A DNA stretch of 64,000 nucleotides, taken from assembly GCA_964590435.1 (NCBI GenBank), contig CAZPWT010000008.1:83880-147879 (forward strand). The letters are read 5' to 3'. Made by a program: the position numbers and the translations under genes. This DNA comes from an uncultured Planctomycetia bacterium. GTDB taxonomy: Bacteria; Planctomycetota; MHYJ01; WSZJ01. Shown here one piece after another: positions 36,883 to 46,510 of the stretch (position 1 is the first letter of the stretch; the number at the start of each line of letters is the position of its first letter). The notes under the pieces were generated by a model. The model had not been told where the DNA came from and made no database searches. It was given only the letters and a program-made list of their open reading frames with translations.

Positions 36883-39552
36883 CTATTCCCTGACCCGGAC
36901 CTGCAGCCGCGGGTGGCCGTTGGCCGCGTCGAGCACCTTGACCCAGAACGTCATCGCCCCGTGCAGCGTCTCGCACCCGCAGGTCGGCGCGAAGACGGCC
37001 GTGCGAGCGAAGGGCTGCTCGAGCTCGACGACCGAATCGTCGTCCACGAGGGCGGGGTCGGACACGCCGTCGCTCTCGATCCACCCCGACGCGCCGTCGT
37101 CGCGGCGGTCGTCCGTGTATTCCTGGTAGTAGACGTGCCCCTGCTCCGTGAACCACACGCCCGCCATATCGCCGGCCTTCGCGAATCCGCGGAGTTCCGC
37201 GTCGAAGTTCACGTCGGGGTCGCCGTACGGAAGGCTGATCTCGGCCGGCACGGCGAAAGCCGCGCCGGCGGACGGGGAAAAGCGGTCGCCCATCGCCGTC
37301 GAAGCATCGCTGTCGGCGAGATAGACGCGGGTCCGCAGCGCGTACCCCTGCCCCGAATTCTCCGACGTGTTGCTCTCGAAGAACATCACGTGCACCCTCG
37401 ACCAGCCGTGGGGCCGCGCTTCGCTGTCCTCGCCGCTGGCCGGATCGTACGTGCCGATCTCCTCCCCCGCCGGCGTCCCGACCAGCCGGATGCTCGCCGG
37501 AATCACCTGCTTCTCCGCCGTCGCGCTGTCGATCTCGACCGCCGCGGATCCCGAGCCCGTCACGCGGGCGAACGCCCTGTAGTCCGTCCCCGCCGTCCCG
37601 TCGATGTCCTTCCGGTATGCGCAGAGCGCTTCCCCGCCCTCCCCCGCGTCCGTCGCCGCAAACCTCTTCCCTTCACCCGGCTGCTCGAACCCGGACATCG
37701 CCATCTCGCCGTCCTCGAACGTCTCGAGCGTGGTCACGACGACCGTGGGGCTCACCGGTGAACCGAAATCAGCCGTGAGCCGCGCGTGGCGGACGACGTC
37801 GCCCGTCCCGTCGCTGTGCTCGAAGAAGAGGTTCATGACATCGGGGTCGGACTGGGCCCCGCACACGTAGTCGAGCCCCGCCTGGAACATGATCCAGCTC
37901 ACGTCGAACCCGTCGATGTCCGTCGACAGCGTGGTCGTCAGGGAGAACCGGCTGCTCACCGCGGGAATCGTCGCCGGGATGGACCCGTCCGGCTCCAGCC
38001 GCGTCGTCGCGAACTGCGCCGCTCGCAGGGCGAGGTCGTCGGAAGCGCCGGCCGAATCGTCCTCGGCCCAGACGACCCAGATGTAATCGCCGTTCCGGCT
38101 CAGGCGCGTGTCCACGAGGCTGGGGAGCACCGTGTCGAATGCAAACGGATCCTCCGGGTCGATGATGCACGACCCCGTCGGCGCGCCTGTCTGCAGGTCG
38201 ACCCCCGTTGCGAAGAGCGACCCGTCCGAGACGCCGCTCCCGAAATCCGTCACGGCGTCGGCATCCGCAAGAAGGATCGTGTGGAAGACGATGATCTGGG
38301 CGAGGCCTTCGTCGTCGCCGTAGATCTCGTGCTGGAACGAGCCGATGAACTCGTCGTTGCACTCCCACGCGTCGGTGGAGTCCGGCGTGTTCGCGAGCGA
38401 GCTCGCCCCCGACATCGCCCCGGTCGCGAGGTCGAACCGGACCACCTGGATCGTGATGTCGTCGCCGTCGTCCACCATCGGGTTGCCGTACGACACCATC
38501 GGGCCCGACAGGCTGAGCGGCGGGTCGTTGATCATGATCACCTCCGCGCCGACCTCGTTGTCGGAAGCCACCCGGAAGAACAAGGTGTTGTTGTAGACGC
38601 GGAAGCCGGGGCTCACGAGCGTCTCTTCGCTGTCCAGCCCCGAGTCGGACGCGCCAAACCCGAGGACCGGGACGCGGGCCTCGGCGCCGGGGGCGAGCGG
38701 CAGCTCCGGATCGCCGTTCTGGCCGAAGTCGAACGCCACGGCGCGCAGGGAAATGTCCTCCGTCCCCGGCGTGAGGGAGTCGTTGTTCTCCTCCTGCGCC
38801 CAGACCAGGCTGAGCCCGGTCGTGCTGTCGCCGTACAGGTAGTTGAACTGCCCCAGCGTGGCCGCCGCTTCCCCGCACAGCCCGTCGCTGACGAGTCCGA
38901 CGCCGTAGACGCCCTCGGAGTCCTCGTCCTCGGTGCTGATGCGGTCGGCGAGCAACTGGAAGCCGTGGTTCAGGGCGGGGATGTCGCGCTCGCTCGCGTT
39001 GAAGTACGTCGTATAGATGCCGGTGTTCACGCCGTCCGCCGTGCCGGCCCCGTCCTGGTCCGCGTCGCGGCCGATCCACGCGATGATCGCGTCGCCGTCC
39101 CGCTCCCGCGCGTCGGGGTCCGCATGGTCCGCGGTGTTCAGGAACGCCACGACCGCGTCCATCCCGAACTTGAACTCCACCGGCGTCCCGTCCGCCGCCG
39201 CCAGCGACACCGGCGGCGTCCACGTCTCGCCGTCATAGTGCGTCGCGTAGAGGTGCGGCGGATCGCCCGGCACCGTCGGGTCGGTGAAGAAGAGCAGGAT
39301 GGCCGTCCCGCGGCTCCCGTTAAAGAAGCACCCCAGCTGCGAGTAGTCCTCCGCCGCCGGGCTCATCGCCCTTCCGTCGTCCGCAATGTTCCCGTCCTGC
39401 ACGGGAGCGCCCGGGAAATCGTCCGTGGTGAAAATGTCGTCGTCGCGGTTCGCGGTCGCGTGATGCGACCGGCGGCGGCACCCCGCAAACACCACCGCGA
39501 GGACCACCAGCGCTGCCCAGCAACACACCGTCCGTCGTGTGGCGGATGACAT
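36883..39552 (-). CDS. Large acidic secreted lipoprotein (889 aa), hypothetical
   Basis: Lipobox LAVVFAGC; Asp/Gly/Thr-rich throughout; the antisense ORFs over the same span are Arg-rich. Confidence 0.7.
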   Translation of the reverse strand: MSSATRRTVCCWAALVVLAVVFAGCRRRSHHATANRDDDIFTTDDFPGAPVQDGNIADDGRAMSPAAEDYSQLGCFFNGSRGTAILLFFTDPTVPGDPPHLYATHYDGETWTPPVSLAAADGTPVEFKFGMDAVVAFLNTADHADPDARERDGDAIIAWIGRDADQDGAGTADGVNTGIYTTYFNASERDIPALNHGFQLLADRISTEDEDSEGVYGVGLVSDGLCGEAAATLGQFNYLYGDSTTGLSLVWAQEENNDSLTPGTEDISLRAVAFDFGQNGDPELPLAPGAEARVPVLGFGASDSGLDSEETLVSPGFRVYNNTLFFRVASDNEVGAEVIMINDPPLSLSGPMVSYGNPMVDDGDDITIQVVRFDLATGAMSGASSLANTPDSTDAWECNDEFIGSFQHEIYGDDEGLAQIIVFHTILLADADAVTDFGSGVSDGSLFATGVDLQTGAPTGSCIIDPEDPFAFDTVLPSLVDTRLSRNGDYIWVVWAEDDSAGASDDLALRAAQFATTRLEPDGSIPATIPAVSSRFSLTTTLSTDIDGFDVSWIMFQAGLDYVCGAQSDPDVMNLFFEHSDGTGDVVRHARLTADFGSPVSPTVVVTTLETFEDGEMAMSGFEQPGEGKRFAATDAGEGGEALCAYRKDIDGTAGTDYRAFARVTGSGSAAVEIDSATAEKQVIPASIRLVGTPAGEEIGTYDPASGEDSEARPHGWSRVHVMFFESNTSENSGQGYALRTRVYLADSDASTAMGDRFSPSAGAAFAVPAEISLPYGDPDVNFDAELRGFAKAGDMAGVWFTEQGHVYYQEYTDDRRDDGASGWIESDGVSDPALVDDDSVVELEQPFARTAVFAPTCGCETLHGAMTFWVKVLDAANGHPRLQVRVRE

Positions 39553-39822
39553 TCGCTTCTCCCGAAAACGTGGCGCGTTTCCCTGGCGATGGAAGGCGGC
39601 CCGCGGCCGCCGACGCCTTTCCCCCCTGTATCCATTCCGGCGGGCGGCGTTTTGAGAAACCGGGCCCCGGTCGCCACCAGGGCCCGGCCGGGAGAAGCGG
39701 GAAGGGCCGACCTCGCGGGGAGGACAGACCGCTTCCCGGCATCACGTAACCGGCCCGCCGGGATCTGTCTTCCGTCGCGGAGGCTTGTGGCCGCACCCGG
39801 CGCTGCGTAGGCTCCCGGCCCC

Positions 39823-41805
39823 ATGAGCCCTCCGGAAAGCGCCACCGAGTCCCCGATCTCCGCCTCCGGCGTCTTCCGCCAGGGGGGATTGCTCGCGCAG
39901 GCGTTCCCCGGCCACGAGTGGCGCCCGCAGCAGCTCGAGATGGCGGAGGCCGTCGAGCGCGCCCTCGCGGCGGGGACGCACCTGATCTCGGAAGCGGGGA
40001 CCGGCGTCGGCAAGAGCTTCGCCTACCTCGTCCCGGCGATTCTCCATGCGCTCCGGAAAGAGCAGCCTGTCATCGTCGCCACGAACACGATCGTGCTGCA
40101 GGAGCAGCTCACCGGGAAAGACATCCCGGCGCTCCAAAAGATCCTGCCCCTGAAATTCACGGCGGCGCTGGCGAAAGGACGCGGGCAATACGTCTGCGGC
40201 CCGCGGCTGCGGCTGGCGGTGGAGTCGCCGGAGCTGGCGTTCGAGGACGACCCGGGCCCGGTGACGGCGCAGATCGCGGCGTGGGCCCGCGAGGGAAGCG
40301 TCTGCGACCGGACGTCGGCGCCCTTCCCGATCCCGGAGGACGTCTGGGCCAAGGTCTGCTGCGACGACTCGTGCACGCCGGCGTCTCGCAAGGAGCGGCC
40401 GTGCCACTACCACCTCGCGCGGCAGAAGCTCCGCGCGGTGCAGATCGTCGTCGCCAACCACGCGCTGCTCGCCATCGACCTGAAGGTCCGCGCCGGCGGC
40501 GGCAAGCTCCTTCCCGACGCGTCCGCGGTGGTGGTCGACGAAGCGCACGCGTTCGAGAAAGTGGCGCTCGACCAGATGGGGCTCGAGTTCCGGCGCCGGC
40601 CGGGAGCGCGGCTGCTCGCCGAGATCCTGAGCGACCGCCGGCAGACCGGGATCCTCCACAAGTTCCCCGACGCCCGGCTCGCTTCGAGGCTCGTGGGCGA
40701 GGTCCGGGAGCTGGAAGCCGCGTTCTTCCGCGAGCTGGACCGCTGGGCCGCCGCGAACGGCCGCCGCAACGAATCGGGGGATCCCCTCGAGGCCGTGCTG
40801 CGCGTGAGGGAGCCCGGCGGGTGGACCGACGCCGCCGCGCAGCCGCTCGAGAACCTCGGGCAGGAGCTGCGGGAGCTGATCCCCGAGGCGAAGTTCGCGG
40901 AGATCGCGGAGGAACTCACGCGGCTGTCGAAGCGTTGCGACCAGCGCGCCGAGGAGCTGCGCGGGCTGATGGAGCCCGCGAGCGAAACCGTGACGTGGGT
41001 CGAGCGCGCCGGCCGCGGCGGCTGGGAGCTGAGGCGCGTCCCCGTCGAGGCGGGACCGACGCTGGAGAAGACCCTGTTCGCCGCCGACCGCCCCGCGATC
41101 CTCACGAGTGCCACGCTGAGCACCGGCCACGGCGACTTCACCGGAATCCGCGCGCGGCTCGGCGCGAAGGAAACCGAGTGCGTCTCCGTCGGCAGCCCCT
41201 TCGATTTCGAGAAACAGGCCACCCTCATCGTCGCCCGCGCCATGCCCTCCCCGCTCCAGGCCGCCGCGTGGACCGAGGCCCTTCCCGGAAAAATCCTGAA
41301 GTACCTCCGCCGCTCGGACGGCCGGGCGCTCGTGCTGTTCACGAGCTTCGTGACGATGCGCCGGGTGCACGAGCGCGTGGCGGCGGAGTGGGACCGGCCG
41401 ATCCTCGTGCAGGGCGCCGGGGTGCCGCGCGACCGGATGATCGCGGAGATGAAGGCCGCGCCCGGCACGGTCGTCTTCGGCGTCGAGTCGTTCTGGCACG
41501 GCGTGGACGTCCCCGGCGAGGCGCTTGAGAACGTCATCGTCACCAAGCTGCCCTTCGCGAGCCCGGGCGAGCCGCTGAACGAGGCCCGCCACGAGCTCAT
41601 CCGCTCCCGCGGCGGAAACCCGTTCAAGGAGCTCGACCTCCCCGCCGCCGTCCTCATGTTCCGCCAGGGTTTCGGCCGCCTCATCCGCACCCGCACCGAC
41701 CGCGGCATCGTCGTCGTCCTCGACTCCCGCATCGCGACAAAGAGCTACGGGAAGCGCTTCCTCGAGGCCCTCCCCCCGTGCCGGGTGGAATGGGACGACG
41801 ATTAA
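39823..41805 (+). CDS. dinG: ATP-dependent DNA helicase, DinG/Rad3-like
   Basis: Walker A EAGTGVGKSFAYLVPA, DEAH-type VVVDEAHAFE, and C-terminal helicase motifs (ILTSATLS, VLDSR). Confidence 0.8.
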   Translation: MSPPESATESPISASGVFRQGGLLAQAFPGHEWRPQQLEMAEAVERALAAGTHLISEAGTGVGKSFAYLVPAILHALRKEQPVIVATNTIVLQEQLTGKDIPALQKILPLKFTAALAKGRGQYVCGPRLRLAVESPELAFEDDPGPVTAQIAAWAREGSVCDRTSAPFPIPEDVWAKVCCDDSCTPASRKERPCHYHLARQKLRAVQIVVANHALLAIDLKVRAGGGKLLPDASAVVVDEAHAFEKVALDQMGLEFRRRPGARLLAEILSDRRQTGILHKFPDARLASRLVGEVRELEAAFFRELDRWAAANGRRNESGDPLEAVLRVREPGGWTDAAAQPLENLGQELRELIPEAKFAEIAEELTRLSKRCDQRAEELRGLMEPASETVTWVERAGRGGWELRRVPVEAGPTLEKTLFAADRPAILTSATLSTGHGDFTGIRARLGAKETECVSVGSPFDFEKQATLIVARAMPSPLQAAAWTEALPGKILKYLRRSDGRALVLFTSFVTMRRVHERVAAEWDRPILVQGAGVPRDRMIAEMKAAPGTVVFGVESFWHGVDVPGEALENVIVTKLPFASPGEPLNEARHELIRSRGGNPFKELDLPAAVLMFRQGFGRLIRTRTDRGIVVVLDSRIATKSYGKRFLEALPPCRVEWDDD

Positions 41806-41868
41806 CCCCATTCCCTTTTCAAAGCACCGTCCGGGACTACAATCGCCACCCCACGAGAGGAGACCCCC

Positions 41869-42993
41869 ATGGCGATCAAGATCGGCGTGCTCGGCGGCGA
41901 CGGGATCGGACCGGAAGTCTGCCGCGAAGGCCTGAAAGTCCTCGACACCGTCTGCGAACTCCGCGGCTTCGACGTGGAGCGCATCGAATGGCCGTACGGC
42001 GCCGACTACTGCATGGAGACCGGCGGCCCCGGCAAGGGGACGGTCCTCCCGGACTCGATCTGGAGCGAGATCAAGGAACTCGACGCCATCTTCCTCGGCG
42101 CGATCGGCGACCCGCGCTTCGAGGCCGGATTCCTCGAGTTCGGCATCGTCGGGAACCTCCGGTTCAAGCTCGACCTTTACGTGAACCTGCGCCCGATCAA
42201 GCTCTACAGCGAGGACCTGTGCCCGCTGAAGGGGAAGGGCGTGAAGGACCTGGACATGCTCGTGGTGCGCGAGAACACGGAGGACGCGTACGCCGGGATC
42301 ATGGGGCACCTCAAGAAAGGGACGCCGGACGAGGTGGCGATCCAGGAGATGATCTACACGCGGAAGGGCGTCGAGCGCGTGATCCGGTATGCGTACCAGA
42401 AGTGCATGGAGCGGAAGAAGGCGTTCAAGCTGTCGCTGGTGGACAAGGCGAACGCGATCCGCGCGCACGACATCTGGCGGCGGACGTTCGCGGAGGTGGG
42501 GAAGGAATTCCCGAAGGTGCAGCAGGACGCGATGTACGTCGACGCGTGCACGATGTGGATGGTGAAAAACCCGGAGAGTTTCGACACCGTGGTGACGACG
42601 AACCTCTTCGGCGACATCATCACCGACCTCGGCGCGATGCTGCAGGGCGGCCTGGGGATCGCGGCGGGCGGCAACATCCACCCGGGGCGGGTCTCGATGT
42701 TCGAGCCGATCCACGGGAGCGCGCCGAAGTACAAGGGGCAGAACAAGGCGAACCCCCTCGCGGCGATCAACGCGATGGGGATGCTGCTCGACCACGTCGG
42801 CCGGAAGGAAGAAGCGGCGCTGATCGAGAAGGCCGTCTCGGGGCTGCTCGCGACGAAGCGCGTGGCGAGCCTTCAGGCCGGCGCGATGCCGTGCGACAAG
42901 ATCGGTGACCTGGTTTCGAATGAAGTGCGTGTGCTGGCGGGGGACAAGCCGAGGAAGAGCGCAACAAAGGGGAAAGTCGGGGCGAAGCGGTAG
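41869..42993 (+). CDS. leuB: 3-isopropylmalate dehydrogenase-like (isocitrate/isopropylmalate dehydrogenase family)
   Basis: GAGAGGAG before ATG; NLFGDIITDL and IHGSAPKYKGQNKANPLAAI family motifs; tartrate dehydrogenase cannot be excluded. Confidence 0.8.
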   Translation: MAIKIGVLGGDGIGPEVCREGLKVLDTVCELRGFDVERIEWPYGADYCMETGGPGKGTVLPDSIWSEIKELDAIFLGAIGDPRFEAGFLEFGIVGNLRFKLDLYVNLRPIKLYSEDLCPLKGKGVKDLDMLVVRENTEDAYAGIMGHLKKGTPDEVAIQEMIYTRKGVERVIRYAYQKCMERKKAFKLSLVDKANAIRAHDIWRRTFAEVGKEFPKVQQDAMYVDACTMWMVKNPESFDTVVTTNLFGDIITDLGAMLQGGLGIAAGGNIHPGRVSMFEPIHGSAPKYKGQNKANPLAAINAMGMLLDHVGRKEEAALIEKAVSGLLATKRVASLQAGAMPCDKIGDLVSNEVRVLAGDKPRKSATKGKVGAKR

Positions 42994-43001
42994 GTGACGA
43001 C

Positions 43002-43026
43002 GTCGAAGGTCGAAGGTTGAAGGTCC
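43002..43026. repeat. GTCGAAG heptamer tandem array
   Basis: gtcgaaggtcgaaggttgaaggtcc, 9 nt after the leuB stop; same element in reverse complement at 52797..52828. Confidence 0.6.
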
Positions 43027-43168
43027 GGGGAAACCGGCAATGATGGACGACCGATTCCCCACCGACACCCCTACCCGATCCCGACACAACCTGCCTGCCC
43101 CCAACCTTCGACTTTCGACGTCCTTTCCTTCCGCAATCTCCTCCCCCACCCACCCCCCGGAGACCCCA

Positions 43169-44270
43169 ATGGCCGAAACACTGCGACGCGCCCAGGAACT
43201 GAAAGCCCGCCTCGATGCCCTCCGGGACTCTCTTTGACCTCCCTAAAAAGAGGCTCGAGCTCGACCGCATAGAGACGGAAATGGGCGCCGCGGACTTCTG
43301 GAACAACCAGGAGGCGGCGAAGAAGAAGGTCCTGCAGCTCAAGGCGCTCAAGGGACTCGTCGACCCCGTCGAAGCGCTCACCAAGGCGTTCACGGACGCC
43401 GCGGAGCTCGCCGAACTCGCCGAGGGCGAGAACGACGCCGCCACCGTCAAGCAGGTCGCCGCCGACCTCGTGAAACTCGAGGCCGAGCTCGCCGCCATCG
43501 AGCTCCGCACGCTCTTCAAGGACGACAACGACTCCCGCGACTGCTTCATGGCCATCCAGGCAGGCACGGGCGGCACCGACGCGTGCGACTGGGCCCAGAT
43601 CATCCTCCGCATGTACAAGGCCTACTGCGAGCGCATGGGGTTCGAGGCCAAGCTGATCGACGTGCAGGAGGCCGACGAGGCCGGCATCCGCTCCGCCACG
43701 CTCGAGGTCCGCGGCCCGTACGCCTACGGTTACCTCAAGGGCGAGCACGGCGTCCACCGGCTCGTCCGCATCTCCCCCTTCGACGCCAACCACCGCCGCC
43801 AGACCGCGTTCGCTTCCGTCGACGTCACGCCGGAGTTCGAGGAGGAGGACATCGAGATCAAGGAAGCGGATCTCAAGATCGACACGTACCGGTCAGGGGG
43901 CGCTGGGGGCCAGCACGTGAACGTGACCGACTCGGCCGTCCGGCTCACACACATCCCGACGGGGATCATCGTCGCGTGCCAGAACGAGCGCTCGCAGCCG
44001 CTCAACAAGAAGATGGCTCTGAAGTACCTCGCCGCGAAGCTCCTCGCGGCGCGCGAGGCCGAGCGCTCCGCCAAGATCGACGCCGCCCGCGGCGCCAAGG
44101 GGCGCATCGGCTTCGGCAGCTCCAGCCAGATCCGCAGCTACACCATGAACCCGTTCCAGCTCGTCAAGGACGCCCGCACCGATATGGAGTCCGGAAACAT
44201 CCAGGCGGTGCTGGACGGCCGGCTGGAGGAGTTCGTCGAGGCCTATCTCAAGTGGAATGCGAGGCAATAG
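43169..44270 (+). CDS. prfB: Peptide chain release factor 2, requires +1 programmed frameshift at 43232..43238
   Basis: ORF0 MAETLRRAQELKARLDALRDSL ends at CTT TGA C; the +1 frame continues DLPKKRLELDRIE through the SGGAGGQHVNVTDSAVRLTHIPTG (GGQ) motif. Confidence 0.85.
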
Positions 44271-44282
44271 CCCGCCCGCGAG

Positions 44283-44476
44283 GGGAAAGGGCAACTTCAA
44301 GACGACGAACTACAAGTAAATGGCGAACTTCAAGACTGCAACTTCAAGGGTTGCCGCGAAGCTGGTCCTCCCGATCCTGCGCGGAGACCGATCGCCGGCA
44401 CGAACGCATTCGCCGGCAGGCTTGAAATTGTCGTCTTGAAGTTGCCGTTTACTTGAGAATTGAAACGTTGTCGTTG
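44283..44476. repeat. Array of direct and inverted AACTTCAAG / CTTGAAGTT repeats
   Basis: Left arm has four spaced copies of (C/G)AACT(T/A)CAAG, right arm has three inverted copies; lower GC than flanks; only small spurious ORFs overlap. Confidence 0.5.
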
Positions 44477-44622
44477 CTGTTTCTCCGGGCCGTCCACGGC
44501 CACCCACGCTCGCACGATCGCCCCGGCGATGCCGGCCCAGCACCCTTCGACGCCTTTGCCCTTGATTACCCCCCCCTCACCACCGCACAATCCCCCCGGG
44601 GGCGGACATCAGGAGTCGTCGC

Positions 44623-45735
44623 ATGCGCACGCCGATCCTGTCACTTGCCGGCGCTTCTCTGCTCTTCTTCGCCGGCTGCAAGACACCCGTACCGACGCAT
44701 TTCGACCTCGGCATCGCCGCCGAAAAACGCGGCGACAAGGCCACGGCGCTCGCCGAATTCGAGACCTCGGTGAGCCTCGAGCCCGTCCACAAGCACGCGT
44801 GGCGGCACATCGGGTACCTCAAGTCCGAGAAGCAGGGCGGCAAGGACTACACCAAGGAAGTCCGCGACGCCATCCTCCTGTTCCTCATGCTCGAGACCTA
44901 TGAGGTCGGCAACGTCGCCGGCGACCCGGAACTCGGCATCCCCGAGTCCCCCGTCGAGCCCCACCTCGCCCGCCGCATGGTCCGCGCCTGCAACGCCGTC
45001 ATCCGCAAGATCGACGAGATCGAGGAAGAAGCGGACGTCTGCTACCGCGAGTTCATCCTCGACACGTCCGACGCCGACCTCAAGCAGATGGCCCTCGACG
45101 CGCAGGGCGCCGCCCTCGAGGCGAACATGGGCGTCTCCCCGAAGGCCCACTGGATGATGGGCGAAATCCTCCGCCGCTCCGGCGACGCCGCCGGCGCCAA
45201 GGGGCACTACGAAATCGCGCTTCAGCAGTCCAAGGACCTCAAGCGCACGAACCTCAAGGCGCAGGTCGGCCTCGCGCTCGTGGGCGGCAACCTCGACGAG
45301 GGATGGCTCGCGGTCAGCCAGCTCAAGAACCGCGACCTCTACGTCGAGTTCATCGAGGCGTGCCTGGAGCGCAACGAGCTCGACCGGGCCGTGATGGCGG
45401 CCACGGCGGCGCGCAAGAACCACGCCGACGCGCGCGTCTGGAGGCTGCTCGCCGAGGCCCACCTGCTCAAGGACGACACCGCGAACGCCGCCAGCGTGAT
45501 CTCGACGCTGGAGAAGTGGCCCGGCAAGGACAAGGACGCCGCGAACTTCCTGCGGCTCTGCTGGGCGGCGCTGACGGGCGGGAAGACGGCGGAGGTCGCG
45601 AAGAAGCTCGACGACGCCAGCGCGACGGGGAGCTTCGATCCCTCGCGGCTCGCGGCCCACGTCGAAGGCTCAAAGGCGGACGGCGCGGCAAAGGCGGCGG
45701 TCAAGAAGGCCGCGGACAAGATGACGGCGAAGTAA
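44623..45735 (+). CDS. Helical-repeat (TPR-like) lipoprotein, hypothetical
   Basis: AGGAG before ATG; lipobox LLFFAGC; helical repeat composition. Confidence 0.65.
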   Translation: MRTPILSLAGASLLFFAGCKTPVPTHFDLGIAAEKRGDKATALAEFETSVSLEPVHKHAWRHIGYLKSEKQGGKDYTKEVRDAILLFLMLETYEVGNVAGDPELGIPESPVEPHLARRMVRACNAVIRKIDEIEEEADVCYREFILDTSDADLKQMALDAQGAALEANMGVSPKAHWMMGEILRRSGDAAGAKGHYEIALQQSKDLKRTNLKAQVGLALVGGNLDEGWLAVSQLKNRDLYVEFIEACLERNELDRAVMAATAARKNHADARVWRLLAEAHLLKDDTANAASVISTLEKWPGKDKDAANFLRLCWAALTGGKTAEVAKKLDDASATGSFDPSRLAAHVEGSKADGAAKAAVKKAADKMTAK

Positions 45736-45736
45736 C

Positions 45737-46504
45737 TTGGCGGGCGACTCGACGCGGGCCGGCGTGATCTCAGCGCCGGCCCGCTTTCTTTTTGCGGCCG
45801 GCCGCGCCGCCGGCGAAACCGCCCTCGAGCTCCTCTATCCCCCGCTCTGCATGTCGTGCGGGAAGCGGCGCGCCGGGGGGTTCTGCGACGCGTGCCTGCT
45901 GGAGATCTTCTCCACGGCCGGCGCCACGTGCGGCGCCTGCGGGCGCTTCCTCCGGGCCCCCGGAATCGCCTGCAAGGACTGCCGGCAGACGACGTTCGCG
46001 TTCTCCAGGGCGCGCGGCGCGGCGCGCTACTCCGGGCTTCTCCGCGCCCTGCTGCGGCGCTTCAAGCTCGGCAACGAAATCCACCTCGCCCGCCCGCTGG
46101 GCGACCTCGCCGCCGACCTCGCCGAGCGCGAATGCCCGCGCCCCGACGCCGTCGTCCCCGTGCCGATCTCGCGGCGCAAACTCCTCTCCCGCGGCTTCAA
46201 CCAGGCCGAGCTCCTCGCCGAGTCCGTCGCCGCGCGCCTCGGCCGGCCGCTTTACCCCAAAGCCCTCGTCCGCCTCCGCAAGGCGGGCAAGCAGGCGTTC
46301 CTGACTCGCGCCGGCCGGATCGCCAACGCGGAGGGGCTGTTCGCGCCACGAAGGCCGTTGTTTGGAAGGGCGCCGGACTTCTCGGGAAAGCGCGTGCTCC
46401 TCGTGGACGACGTCATCACCACCGGGGCGACGGCCAGCGCGTGCGCTGCGGCGCTGAGGGCGATGGGCGCGGCGGACGTCGTGGCGATTGCGGTCGGAAG
46501 GTGA
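45737..46504 (+). CDS. comF: ComF family protein (phosphoribosyltransferase domain)
   Basis: N-terminal Cys-rich zinc-ribbon (CMSCG, CDAC, CGAC, CKDC) and C-terminal PRTase motif VLLVDDVITTGAT; annotated start is TTG, true start uncertain. Confidence 0.7.
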   Translation: MAGDSTRAGVISAPARFLFAAGRAAGETALELLYPPLCMSCGKRRAGGFCDACLLEIFSTAGATCGACGRFLRAPGIACKDCRQTTFAFSRARGAARYSGLLRALLRRFKLGNEIHLARPLGDLAADLAERECPRPDAVVPVPISRRKLLSRGFNQAELLAESVAARLGRPLYPKALVRLRKAGKQAFLTRAGRIANAEGLFAPRRPLFGRAPDFSGKRVLLVDDVITTGATASACAAALRAMGAADVVAIAVGR

Positions 46505-46510
46505 GGCGCC

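Noticed and set aside
39553-39822. Possible tRNA or small RNA gene in the GC-rich structured intergenic region upstream of dinG
   Set aside because: Hairpins are present (for example CCGGGCCC...GGGCCCGG) but no cloverleaf with a GTTC-type T-loop or conserved D-arm could be assembled; more likely divergent promoter or leader structure. No tRNA or rRNA was recognised anywhere in the window, although a covariance-model scan was not possible.
44283-44476. Possible CRISPR array because of multiple short repeats
   Set aside because: Repeat units are only about 10 bp, irregularly spaced by 14-18 bp, and occur in both orientations; no 25-40 bp direct repeats with unique spacers and no cas genes.
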